From contig OX597815.1 in NCBI GenBank assembly GCA_951406725.2, forward strand, positions 42,532,001 to 42,596,000: a stretch of DNA of 64,000 nt, given 5' to 3'. This DNA comes from Octopus vulgaris (Eukaryota). The translations under genes and the position numbers were made by a program. The notes under the pieces are model-generated. The model saw only the letters and a program-made list of their open reading frames with translations. It searched no databases and was not told the origin of the DNA. Below are positions 35,897 to 48,859 of this stretch, one piece after another; position 1 is the stretch's first letter, and every line of letters begins with the position of its first letter.

Positions 35897-36130
35897 GGAG
35901 GCGCAATGGCCTAGTGGTTAGGGCAGCGGACTTGCGGTCGGAGGATCGCGGTTTCGATTCCCAGACCGGGCGTTGTGTGTGTTTATTGAGCGAAAAAAAC
36001 ACCTAAAAGCTCCACGAGGCTCCGGCAGGAGGTGGTGATCCCTGCTGTACTCTTTCACCACTCTAAAGGCGGTGCTCCAGCATGGCCGCAGTCAAATGAC
36101 TGAAACAAGTACAAAAAAAAAAAAAAAAAA
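35897..36130 (+). mobile_element. Chimeric SINE: family C head joined to a family B tail, plus A-run
   Basis: Head as at 15128; 36063-36111 repeats 35821-35872. Confidence 0.75.
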
Positions 36131-36187
36131 ATACATACATACATACATATATACATACATACATACATACATACATACATACATGTA

Positions 36188-38982
36188 TTTACACTGGCCA
36201 TACGTGATTCCCCAAATGTGGTAGCTATCACCGAGACTTGGCTGACTCCAGCAGTAAAGGACTCGGAAATACACCTACAGGGTTACGCCCTCTTCAGATG
36301 TGACAGAGAAAAATGCGAGGTGGAGGTGTTGCTGTGTATGTTAAATCTGATCTTAAACCGTCCAGCGGTATTCTACCCACTAATGCTCAACCTACAACAA
36401 AATTCGATGACGTCTATTGCAAGCTGAGCCTATCCAGGTTTTGCCTGCCCGTGTTAGCTGTCTACAGGCCGCCTCTTGCCAATCCCCAGGACGATGCTCA
36501 TTTACTCGAAGCGATAAGATTCGTTTCAGCTTCTCATGACTGTTTGATATTAGGAGACTTCAACGCTCCCACGATCGACTGGCCCGCATCAATTTGTACA
36601 TCATCTTCCCGGTTCGGCCAGGCCCTTCTTGACGTGGCTGAATATTGTTTTCTATCGCAACATGTTGAATATCAGACAAGGCATCGGTCTGGGCAGCAGC
36701 CATCTATGCTGGATCTGGTATTTTCCCGCTATCCAAGATCAGTGTCAGGCTTATCTGTGTGCGCCCCTCTTGCCAAGAGTGATCATGCGGTCCTGAAGTT
36801 CGTCATGCACACAACTTTTTCTACGCCCACGACTACTTCGCTGCCACGTAGAGTCTTCTCTGCAATCAATCTTGAAATTCTAACCGAGGCTTCCGCGCTT
36901 CTGGACTAGCGATCCCTGATGACGATGTCCTCATTTGACGAACTATGGTCGTCCCTCAAAGCATATGTAATCTGGTTCACTGACCAAGCAGTTCCCGTTG
37001 GGCTTCCCAAGAAGAAGAAACACAAGCCCTGGGTGACGAAGAAGGTTAAACGAGAACTTCGACTCAGAGATATTGCTCGGGCTGAATTCAAAAATCTAGA
37101 TTCGACTGCAGCTTTTGAGGTGTACAAAACTCAACGAGACCGAGCCGTGAAAATTGAAAAGGAAGAACGCTTCAGATATGAATACAGAATCGCGGCGGCA
37201 AACACCAGTCGCAATCCAAAAACCTTCTTTGCCCATGTTCAACGGAATTCCCGCTTGAACAACCAAATTGCAACGTTGGTAGACTCAACAGGCGTATCGA
37301 TTGAGGACCCTTATCAACAGAGTCAGTTATTTGCCGAGGCTTTTTCAACTATTTTCAAACAAGATGATGGTCGTGAACCCCCACCATTTGATAGATCGGT
37401 ACCTCCAATGCTTAGATTGGTTATCACGCGGGACGAAGTCGAACGCGTTATTCAAGGCCTCGATGCCAACAAGGGTCACGGCCCTGACGGCATACACCCA
37501 CAGGTTATCAAAGTGTTGGCTCCGGTCATCTGCGAGCCTTTAACACTTCTATTCAATATGTCATTGGCGACGGGTGTTATACCTGTGGACTGGAGAACAG
37601 CGATAATCTGCCCAATTTTCAAGAAAGGGAGCCGCGAAGACCCGCTTAACTACCGACCGGTTTCCCTTACTTCAATAATCAGCAAGATGTTCGAAACCTT
37701 AGGAAAAGTATGTTGCTCCACCTCCAAAACACAGCCTCTATCTCTGATTCCCAACACGGCTTCGTGCCGAAGAGATCATGCTTGACCAACATACTGGTGA
37801 TGAAAGAATTGGTGACGCGTATTCTCGATGATGGTGATGCTGTTGACATCGTTTTATTGGACTTTGCCAAAGCTTTTGACTCGGTAAACCAACGCCTATT
37901 ACTTGTCAAGCTTCAAGCATATAGTTTCCATCCGGATATTGTACGATGGGTTGGTGCCTTCCTCTCAGATCGCTCCTTCAAAGTCCAAGTTAATGGTTCG
38001 CTGTCCGACGTCTCCAGTGCGAGCAGTGGCGTGCCTCAAGGTTCAGTGCTTGGGCCCTTATTGTCCTTAGTCTTCATAAATGACTTGCCCGACGACCTCA
38101 CGCAACACACCCTTCTATTTGCCGATGATGTCAAACTGGTCGCTCCTCGCGGTGATATAGAGGATCTTCGTCGATGCCTCGACCAAGTTTGGAGATGGTC
38201 TAACGAATGGGACCTGTGTCTGAACGTGTAAGAGTGCTGTCATCTGCCTGTTGGCTCTTCTCCTGCAACTCAACTTGATTTCGAGCCGGGTCGTCTGCTG
38301 CTGGAGAGGACCGACCAAGTAAAGGACCTGGGTATCTTGGTGGATTCTTCCTTTTCGCCTTCGGTCCAGTGCGTCCATGCTGCCAACAAAGCACGCGGAG
38401 TTCTGTTTTTGATTCGACGGTCATTCGGAATGCTCACAGCAGCCATATTCCTACCGCTCTATGCCACGCTGGTGAGACACATATTGGAGTACGGGATTCA
38501 AGCCTCTTCTCCTTATCTCCTCAAAGACATACATCATCTCGAAAGAGTTCAGAAGCTGGCTACCCCCATGGTTCTTGGTCTCAAGCATTTGTCTTATGAA
38601 GAAAGGCTGAAGACGCTCAATCTTTATTCTCTAGAAAAACGACGACGCCGTGATCTCATTCTTGCTCACAACATCATAAGCGGAAAGTGTAACCTCTCGA
38701 AAGAGCTGTTCTTCACTCCTGCTCCAGAACGTCGGCTGGAAAATCTCTATCTGCGACGATTTCATCTCAATCGAAGGAGAGGGGCTTTCTCCGTCCGGGT
38801 TGCGGGTCCGTGGAATAAGCTGCCAGACGAGATAGGGAAGATGCCGACGACCGCTCGGTTCAAAGTCTCCTTTGACCAGAAATGGCCTGAACTCTTTGCA
38901 TGAACACCACCCTGTACATAACTCCATGTCCCCCTACATGGCCTTGCTTTTTGGGCCAAAAAAACTAACTTAACTTAACTTA
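36188..38982 (+). mobile_element. 5'-truncated CR1-type LINE; ORF2 (APE endonuclease plus reverse transcriptase) broken by a few frameshifts and stops
   Basis: AITETWL, GGGVAVYVK, YRPP, ILGDFNAP, LDLVF, SDH; YRPVSLTS, QHGF, DFAKAFDSV, GVPQGSVLGPLL, FADD; (AACTT)n tail; ACATGTA at 36181-36187 and 38983-38989 as TSD. Confidence 0.95.
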
Positions 38983-38989
38983 ACATGTA

Positions 38990-40410
38990 AGGTGCATTCC
39001 AGAAGTTTTGGGACTTTTTAGGAGAGGCAGTCCTATATTATTATACTTTTAGTATATCATTGCTATACATCTAATAAGCTGACCTGTCAACTTTTGTTAT
39101 TCCAGATTGGAAGAGACGGCTGTAATAGCACTTTGAACACACTCTGCTAAAAGCTACTTGTCATAGCTGACCGTTTTGCAGAATGCAATCCGGACCTGAA
39201 AACAATTTGGGAACTTGCTATGCAATAGTTTTGTGTTAAACTGGCCCAAAACGCTGCAGAAACTTTTGAAATGCTTCAGACTGCTCATGAATAAGTCGAG
39301 CATCTGTTTTTCACTGGAACAATAGGCCAGGAAAAGTAAGTCTACCGGGAAGCTCATGATGATCTCCTTTTTCGACGGGAAGGGCATCATCTACATCAGT
39401 TGGGTTCTTTCTTATTTCTTTATTGCCCACAAGGAGCTAAACATAGAGGGGACAAACAAGGGATTAAGTCGATTATATCGACCCCAGTGCGTAACTGGTA
39501 CTTAATTTATCGACCACGAAAGGATGAAAGCAAAGTCGACCTCTGCGGAATTTGAACTCAGAACGTAGCGGCAGACGAAATACCTATTTCTTTACTACCC
39601 ACAAGGGGCTAAACACAGAGAGGACGAACAAGGACAGACAAACGGATTAAGTCGATTATATCGACCCCAGTGTGTAACTGGTTCTTAATTTACCGACCCC
39701 GAAAGGATGAAAGGCAAAGTCGACCTCGGCGGAATTTGAACTCAGAACGTAACGGCAGACGAAATACAGCTAAGCATTTCGCCCAGCGTGCTAACGTTTC
39801 TGCTAGCTCACCGCCTTATATCACAGTACAGCAGGGATCGCCACCACCCCCTGCCGGATCGTCGTGGAGCTTTTAGGTGTTTTCGCTCAATAAACACTCA
39901 CAATGCCCAGTCTGGGATTCGAAACCGCGATCCTACGACCGCGTGTCCGCTGTCCTAACCGCTGGGCCATTGCGCCTCTTTCTGGCTAGACAGTCAATAG
40001 AAGGTACTTCGCGGATGTTCTGAGGGCGTTCAAGAAGAGATTTCGTCGCAAAAGCCTAGTGCATCTGAACCAGGACAATGCACCACTCAACAATTCTATC
40101 CTGGTCACCTACTATCTGGCAGAGTTGGGCATGAAAGCTGTCCTTTACTCCTCCCAACAGTCCAGACCTTCCCCCCTGTGACTTTTTGGTTGTTTCCCAA
40201 ATTGAAGAAGGTGAAGGAGTCTGTGACAAGGGTTTTAGACACTTCCAATTTGGAGGACCTCCATGCGATCTTCATTAAGGGGCTGGAGCGCAACAACAAA
40301 TGCATTGATGACACATGATCCTACTTTGAAGGATATTAGAGTTTTGTACTTCTTTGAAATTAATAAATGTCTCTCCTAAAAAGGTCTCAAAACTTCTGGA
40401 ATGCCCCCTG
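38990..40410 (+). mobile_element. Decayed mariner element (irritans-like) carrying two SINE insertions
   Basis: TIRs GCATTCCAGAAGTTTTGGGACTTTTTAGGAGAG / CTCTCCTAAAAAGGTCTCAAAACTTCTGGAATGC; remnants FCVKL..NAAETFEML, KLMMISFFDGKGII, QDNAP, PCDFWLFPKLKK. Confidence 0.85.
39410..39978 (-). mobile_element. SINE family A composite (39410-39818) plus family C head (39825-39978) inside the mariner
   Basis: Family motifs; transposase homology resumes at ~39980. Confidence 0.85.
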
Positions 40411-41629
40411 TAAGTAAATGTACTACAAAAACGATTTACAGTTAGACATTTGAATGCCCACTAATGATGATATGACTGAAATCAGCGCTCAATTGTAAAT
40501 TAATGTAATATACTTTTACCATCATGATTCTAAACGTACTTTTCTTCACCACACTCATCTGAATTTTCCATTGTTTGCAACCACGTGACTGTATGCAGGT
40601 TGCTGATTTACTCACTGCACTTCTAGTCCTTTCTTCCTTTATCTACACAAATTAGCCTCCTCTCTCCCAATCCTCCTCTCTCACCACTCAGTACAAGTGG
40701 GGTTGTATGATAATGGTTCTATAATTACTCGTTTGTAACCACGCTGAAGGACCATCGCATAATCAAACAGACATTAATCTATGAAGAAGCAAAATTGTAA
40801 TGGAAAGTCTCTAACAAAAGTGATAATTTAATTCTCTATTATGTAAATATTAGGAGTTAGTCATTTTAAATACCGAGATGTATGTACAAAAGTATAATTG
40901 AAAATTTTACACGAAGACTACATCCATTTACTTACAGTGCCCTATGTGACCGAGAACCGAAGTTTAAGTAGCATGATCTTAAACTAATACAGAACAGGGC
41001 CAAATATCGGGCAAGTTTGGGATAGGAAGCAATCCAGATTTTGAATTTTCCGGTTTTTTTGGAGACAGCCTATACATATATACTTAAAATATAAATTGAC
41101 GGCAACCTCACTGCGTTCGAAATTTACTTTCTTGTCTGTAAAATACCAAACACATTCGACGCTTCCAAAGTTTGTTTATGAAATGTTGTCGCATTCGAAA
41201 AGCTATTATTTAGCATTTAAATCGAGGGTAATTGCTTTCAGGGGCCGTTCCGTTTAGCTTGATGGTTGAGCACTAAGTTGGTATCTGAGGAGTACAGGCT
41301 CGATACCTGTAGCCACCTGCTGACAACTTTTTTTCATCTTATTAGGGTAGATAACCAATCTTTCTCTGTTGTTCTTACAGCTTTATTGCGTTCGAGATTT
41401 ATTTTCTTGCCTGTTAAATAAAATAAACTATAAACAGTAAAGAACTAAATTACATTTAATAGATTCACATTAATTCACTTAAAAAACCCCTAAACAAACG
41501 AAAAAGGACTGTTTGAAATTTATTAATCCACTTAAAAATTAAAAAAATATATCATGCACTATCGAGTATACAGCATAATGTTTATAGGATGAAAATTAAA
41601 CGAAGGAAAGTAAAGAACATGAATTTATT

Positions 41630-42022
41630 TGACAGGCTGACATTGACAAGTTCCTTAATCCCTTGGGGGTCGTTGGGGCGCTGCAACCATGCAACGTCCC
41701 TAGGGCGAGAAAGCCTGGCGGAGCCCATCCCTCTCAGGGTTAAATTCATTTCTACAGCTGGGTGGGCTGGAGCAACATGAAATGTTTTGATCAAGAACAC
41801 AACGGATTGCCCGGTCCAGGGATTGAAACTATAATCTTACAGTCGTGAATCCAACATCCCAACCACTAAGCGACGCGCCTCCTCTAGTGATACTCATTTC
41901 TACAACTGGGTGGACTGGAGCAACGTGAAATGCTTTGCTCAGGAGCACAACGCATCGCCCGGTCCAGGAATCGAAGCCACAATCGTGAGTCCAACACCCT
42001 CACCACTTAGCCATATGCCTCC
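41630..42022 (-). mobile_element. Two tandem family D-type SINE copies
   Basis: CATTTCTACAGCTGGGTGG.CTGGAGCAAC.TGAAATG...CCCGGTCCAGG occurs twice. Confidence 0.7.
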
Positions 42023-42399
42023 ACCATTTAATAAATACCGCATAAATTCATAAATAAAGCAGAGTATGTTTTCCCTTTATCAATCCTTTAAAAAAAAACG
42101 TGAAGAACAAAACTATTTTTAACACACCGTATGCAAATTAACCAACTTCAAAAACATGGTCTGTTTACTCAAAACAGGGTACACCATATTGCACAGTATT
42201 GCAGAGTATTCCCGGATTTCTGGAAGCCGTATATAAGGTCTGCTTCTGCATTTTGTACCAATACGTTATCTGAAATATCAATACCTTATATTTACTAACT
42301 TATAAACACTTTATAAAAAGAGATATCATTTATTAATCCCTTACAGAAGTATCTAAATCCTACAAGTAGTTCTGTCAATAGGATTAAAGGCACAGCAGC

Positions 42400-42626
42400 C
42401 ACTGTAATGCGGTTGCTACTACAACTGCCACTCTCAGCGTTGCTTCCGTCTCTAAAGTTCTGCTACTCTTGCTTCTGATGGCAATGTCGCAGCAGCTGTA
42501 ATCACCGCTAATGTTACTGCTGATGCTGTTGCTGTTGAGCTGCTGCTGCTGTTGAGCTGCTGCTGCTGCTGGTGGTGGTGATACTGACGACAGCGGTAAT
42601 AGTCGTATTGCTGATTAAACTGGTTA

Positions 42627-42682
<56 letters not shown>

Positions 42683-42714
42683 TCACCACCACCACCACCA
42701 CCACCACCACCACC

Positions 42715-42796
<82 letters not shown>

Positions 42797-42953
42797 AATA
42801 CGACGGTATAGGTGGTACCGATGATGATGTTGATGATTGTGATATTCTCAACGATAGCCTAGTATTGGTGACGGTGATGGTGATGACGCTTTTCCAGTTG
42901 CTGCAACGGCTGCTACTGCTGCTACTGCTGCTACTGCTGCTACCGCTGCTGGA

Positions 42954-43001
<48 letters not shown>

Positions 43002-43500
43002 ATTGCAACTTCGTTAAGAACTCTGCTGCTGCTCTTGCTAATGAAGTTACCGTTGTTGCTTAGTTTCATGCCAACCCTGATCCACAATACCTAAGACGTT
43101 CCAGTCGTGAACATCCCGTCTTTTTTTTTTGTGCATAACGAAAAACTATATAATCCAACCATAACCTTCCTTTTTCACTTTTTATATTTTTATTTTTTAC
43201 GGTGGCACCGTTTAAATTCAGTATTTTTGGCTACTATTTCAGCAGATTGAGCGACCACCTAGAGGCGCCGTCATTAGTTCGTTGTCCATTTCTCCTCTCC
43301 TTGTGTCGAGCTGTCGTTGTGGATGTTGTCGGTCCTTCTACAAGTACTTCTACTCCTGCAAATATTGCTGCTGTTGTCAATGGTGATGCTGCTGCTGCTG
43401 CTCTTGCCACTGTTTCTAGTACCGCTGCTGACTCTATTGCCGCTGCTGCCACTGCTCTTGTTGCTGTTCTTATATATACTAATACTGATATTACTGCTGC
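42400..43500. repeat. (CTA)n/(CCA)n/(CTG)n/(GAT)n trinucleotide field
   Basis: Direct inspection. Confidence 0.9.
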
Positions 43501-43503
43501 AGT

Positions 43504-45225
43504 TAAAGCGGTGAACTAGCAGAATCGTTAGCACACAGGGCAAACTGCTTAGTGGCATTTCGTCTGCCGCTACGTTCTGAGTTCAAATTCCGCCGATGTC
43601 GACTTTGCTGTTCATCCTTTCGGGGTCGATAAATTTAGTACCAGTTACGCACTGGGGTCGATTTAATCGACTTAATCCCTTTGTCTGTCCTTGTTTGTCC
43701 CCTCTATGTTTAGCTCCTTGTGGGCAATAAAGAAAGAGGTATTTAGTCCATCTTTACGTTCTAAGTTCAAATTCCGCCGAGGTCGACTTTGCCGTTCATC
43801 CTTTCGGAGTCGATAAATTTAGTACCAGTTACGCAACGGGGTCGATTTAATCAACTTAATCCCTTTGTCTGTCCTTGTTTGTCCCCTCTATGTTTAGCTC
43901 CTTGTGGGCAATAAAGAAATAGGTATTTAGTCCATCTTTACGTTCTAAGTTCAAATTCCGCCGAGGTCGACTTTGCCGTTCATCCTTTCGGAGTTGATAA
44001 ATTTAGTACCAGTTACGCAACGGGGTCGATTTAATCGACTTAATCCCTTTGTCTGTCCTTGTTTGTCCCCTCTATGTTTAGCCCCTTGTGGGCAATAAAG
44101 AAATAAGAAACGTTAACACACAGGACAAACTGTTTAGCGGCATTTCGTCCGTCTTTACGTTCTGAGTTCAAATTCTGCCGAGTCCAACTTTACCTTTCAT
44201 CCTTTGGGGATCGATAAAATATACACCAGTAGAACACGGTCTTATGTAATCGATCAAGCTCATCCCCGAACTCGCTGGCCTTGTGCCAAAATTCGAAATG
44301 TATATTACTACTGTAGTTTAAGGCGGCGAGTTGGTAGAATGGTTAGCGCGCTGCGTGAAACGTTTAACATTTCGTCTATTCTTTACGTTTTGAGTTCAAA
44401 TTCCGCCGAGGTCAACTTTGCCTTTCATTATTTGGGAGTCGATAAAATAAGTACTAGTTGTGCATTGAGGTCGATGTAATCGACTTACCCCTTACCTCGA
44501 ACACACTGGCCTTGTGCCAACATTTGAAATTGACATTACTTCTGCAGTTTAAGGCGGCGAACTGGCAGAATCGTTAGCACGCCGGGCAAAATGCTGGCAA
44601 GCATTTTGCCCATCTGAGTTCAATTTCCGCCGAGGTCGACTTACCTTTCATCTTTTCGGGGTTGATAAAATAAATACCAGTTGAGCACTGGGGTCGATGT
44701 AATCAACTTAAATGCCCCACCCCCCAAATTGCTGGCCTTGTGCGAAAATTTGAAATTGCTATTACTATTGCAGCTTAAGGCGGCGAGCTGGTAGAATCGT
44801 TAGAAAGCTGGGTAAAATACTTAGTGACATTTCATCCGTCTTTACGTTCTGAGTTCAAATTCTGCCAAGGCCAACTTTGCATTCATACTTTCCGGATGGA
44901 TAAAATAAATACCAGTTGAGCACTAGGGTCGATGTAATCAACTTAAATGCCCCACCCCCCAAATTGCTGGCCTTGTGCGAAAATTTGAAATTGCTATTAC
45001 TATTGCAGCTTAAGGCGGCGAGCTGGTAGAATCGTTAGAAAGCTGGGTAAAATACTTAGTGACATTTCATCCGTCTTTACGTTCTGAGTTCAAATTCTGC
45101 CAAGGCCAACTTTGCATTCATACTTTCCGGATTGATAAAATAAGTACCAGTTGAGTACTGAGGTCGTTGTAATCAATTAGCCCCTCCCCCCGATCTTTCT
45201 GGTCTTGTGCCAAAATTTAAAACCA
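43504..45225 (+). mobile_element. Head-to-tail array of SINE family A (183-bp internal module x3, then 4-5 monomers including a 235-bp tandem duplication)
   Basis: Module repeats at 43754 and 43937; GCAGCTTAAGGCGGCGAGCTGG at 44770 and 45005. Confidence 0.85.
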
Positions 45226-45405
45226 GATATTACTACTGCAGCAGAAGTTCTGCTTCATGCTACAGCTGTTAGTATTCAAGGTAATGCTAGAGTTATTATT
45301 GTTACTAAAGTAACTAAGTTGCAGCAGCAGCAGCAGTAGCAGTAGTAGTTGTATTAGCAATGTTCAGAGTGGTAGTTATTACTACTACTGTTGTTGCTGT
45401 TGTTG

Positions 45406-45465
<60 letters not shown>

Positions 45466-45580
45466 AGGGTTGTAGATGCTGTGTTGACAGCTGCATACAG
45501 CACACCTGTTGTTCATGTTAATGCTGCTGTTACTACTTAAGATAATGTTGCTGCAGCTATTGCTGTTGTTACTGTTGTTG

Positions 45581-45645
<65 letters not shown>

Positions 45646-45929
45646 ATAATAATAATAATAATAATAACTGCATCACTGATGGTCGTTGAAGTTGTTACTA
45701 CTGAACTCCTGCTGCTCCTGCTATTTTTGCTGCTGATCGGAGTAGCGCTGTCGTGCTGTTGCTGTTATTGTTGTTGACAGCTGTATTGTTGCTTATGTTG
45801 ATGATGCTAATGCTGCAATCGTTGCGCTCTATGATGCTGTTGCAAACGTTTCTATTGTTGTACGCTTAATGCTGTTGTATGCGCTGCTATTGTTATTGTT
45901 GCTATCGATGCTATTATTGCTATCGATGT

Positions 45930-46610
45930 TGTTGCATACTTTACTATGTTACAAGTGTTTGGTGATGTTGCACGCTTGCTATTGTTGCTATTGACGTTGT
46001 AGCACGCGTTGCTATGTTACGGTTATTGGTGATGTTGCATGCTTGCCATTGTTGCTATCGACTTTGTTGCATACGTTGCTATGTTACGGTTATTGGTGAT
46101 GTTGCATGCTTGCCATTGTTGCTATCGACTTTGTTATATACGTTGCTATTTTACGGTTATTAGTGATGTTGCATGCTTGCCATTGTTGCTATCGACTTTG
46201 TTGCATACGTTGCTATGTTACGGTTATTGGTGATGCTGCATGCTTGCCATTGTTGCTGTCGACTTTGTAGCATAGGTTGCTATGTTACGGTTATTAGTGA
46301 TGTTGCATGCTTGCCATTGTTGCTATCGACTTTGTAATATACGTTGCTATTTTACGGTTATTAGTGATGCTGCATGCTTGCCATTGTTGCTGTCGACTTT
46401 GTAGCATAGGTTGCTATGTTACGGTTATTAGTGATGTTGTATGCTTGCCATTGTTGCTATCGACTTTGTAATATACGTTGCTATGTTACGGTTATTGGTG
46501 ATGTTGCATGCTTGCCATTGTTGCTATCGACTTTGTTGCATACGTTGCTATGCTACGGTTATCTGTGATGTTGCATACTTGCTTTGCTGTTATTGACGAT
46601 GTTGCATACT
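45930..46610. repeat. 67-bp minisatellite, ~10 units
   Basis: TGATG(T/C)TG starts at 45963, 46030, 46097, 46164, 46231, 46298, 46365, 46432, 46499 and 46566. Confidence 0.95.
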
Positions 46611-46619
46611 ACGTTGGTG

Positions 46620-47936
46620 TTACTGCTGGCGGTGATGTATCGTTACTATTGTTGCAGTGTAATTGTATAAGATACTAATATTATTAATAATGGTGCTGCT
46701 ATTCACGATGTCGTTGCCAACGCTGCAATTGTTGCTATTTATGGTGTTGTGCATGTGTTGCTATTATCGCTGTTGATAATGGTGTTGCAGTAGTTTTATT
46801 TTTGCCCTTGTAGCTGTATTGTTTCTGTTGCTATTGGAAGTATTGTTATTGTTGGTGTTTCGGCTGTATTGCATAAGTTGCTATTGTTCCTCTTGTACGT
46901 TTGTGACTGCTGTTGCTATTGACAACATTGTTGCTACTGTTCTACTTTTGATGATGCTGCTGCTGCTGCTGCTAATGATGATGATGACTTATTTTTTTGC
47001 TGCTCCTGAAATTATTAGTGTGAATGCAGTTTTTTTTATATTGTTGCTGCTGCTGTTGTTGCTGCTGCTGTTGTTGCTGCTGTTGTGGTTGATGATAATG
47101 CTGCTGCTGACGATGATGGTGTTGCTGCTATTAATGCTACTGCAGCTACTGCTGTTACTCTTACTGTTACTGACGACAGTAGTGATGACTCTGGTGTATA
47201 TAGTTGCCTCTTTAGTAGTAGTAGTGGTAGGAGGAGGAGGAAGAGGAGGAGAAGGATCAGCAGCAGCAGCAGCAGCAGCAGAAGTTATTGTTGCTGTTGT
47301 TTAACCCCAGGCAAGCGCCGAGTAAGAAAGCTGCTACGTATATCAACGACTACATCAACGAACGTTTTCTTTTATCTGCATTTTTTATCTTTATTTTTAT
47401 GACAATAGGTGTGTTTTAAAGATGATTTTGGTTGCTATTTCTAGCAAGTTGAGCAACCATGCAGAAGCTTCTTCGCTTGTTATTGTTACTATAGGTTGTA
47501 GTGATCATGATGCTGGTTGTGAAAGAGCAGCCGCTACCTCTACTACTCTGAGTATGTCGTACGGTTGCTTGTTTTCAGAGTTCTTGTTGGTTATAATAGT
47601 GGTGATGGTTGGTCGTGATAGTGGCTGCAGTTGATGCTTCTAACTGTGGCTGCACCTATTGCTGCAGGTGTTGTTGCTGCTGCTGCTGAAGCTGATACAG
47701 TCAGCGTCGTTGTCGATGTCCTCGTTGTTGTTATTGCTGTCGTTGTCGGTGTTGTTGTGCTGGTAATGATGATGATGATGACGATGATGATGTTTCTTCT
47801 TTGTGGTGCATATTTAGCTGCTGCCATAAACAAAATTTAGTCAAACAATAACTGCTGTCCCTGCTACTCTTGTTTTTTTTCTGCCTCACCCCTCTCGCTG
47901 CTGCTGCTGCTGCTGCTGCTACTGCTACTACTACTA

Positions 47937-47983
<47 letters not shown>

Positions 47984-47993
47984 ACTACTACTA

Positions 47994-48031
<38 letters not shown>

Positions 48032-48050
48032 ACTACTGCTGCTACTACTA

Positions 48051-48147
<97 letters not shown>

Positions 48148-48248
48148 GCTGCTGCTGCTGCTGCTGCTTGCTGCTTGCTGCGCTGCTGCTGCTGCTACTA
48201 CTACTACTACTTCTACTACTACTACTACAACTACTGTTGTTGCTCCTG

Positions 48249-48298
<50 letters not shown>

Positions 48299-48335
48299 GC
48301 TACTGCTGCTGCTGCTGCTGCACCTGCTATCGCTG
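46620..48335. repeat. Degenerate (GCT)/(GTT)/(GAT) field ending in a long compound (CTG)n/(CTA)n array (47897-48320)
   Basis: Direct inspection. Confidence 0.9.
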
Positions 48336-48814
48336 TTACGAATAATACTAAACCATTCGATGAACCCATATTGAGCACTGAAGGCCAACAAATATAAGTA
48401 CATCATACAACGCCAAAACACTTAACAAACACCATATTTTGCAATGAGCCACCGAGAGAGCCCCTACGGAGTCATTTGGTCTGCAAGAAATAGCACCTAA
48501 ATTATCTCAAATCACAACTTAGTGTCTTCAAAAAAAGAAAAAAAGGAAGCGCATATTGAATGATGCAGTTACATAGTCGTTGAAATGCGGCTATGCTGAG
48601 ACACTGCTTTCAAGGGTTTGGTTTGAACAAATCCACTCCAGTGCTTATTTTTGAACCGGGTACTCATTCTATTGGCCTCAATTGCCGAACCGCTGGCTTA
48701 CCGGGATGTAAACAAACCGACATCGGTTATCAAACAGAAAGTCACACACACACACACACACACACACGCACGACTACACACACGTATGTGTGTGTGTGGT
48801 TGCAAGTGTGTATG

Positions 48815-48858
<44 letters not shown>

Positions 48859-48859
<1 letters not shown>

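Noticed and set aside
47731-48421. Long poly-Ala/Ser/Val/Gln ORFs
   Set aside because: Compound (CTG)n/(CTA)n array.
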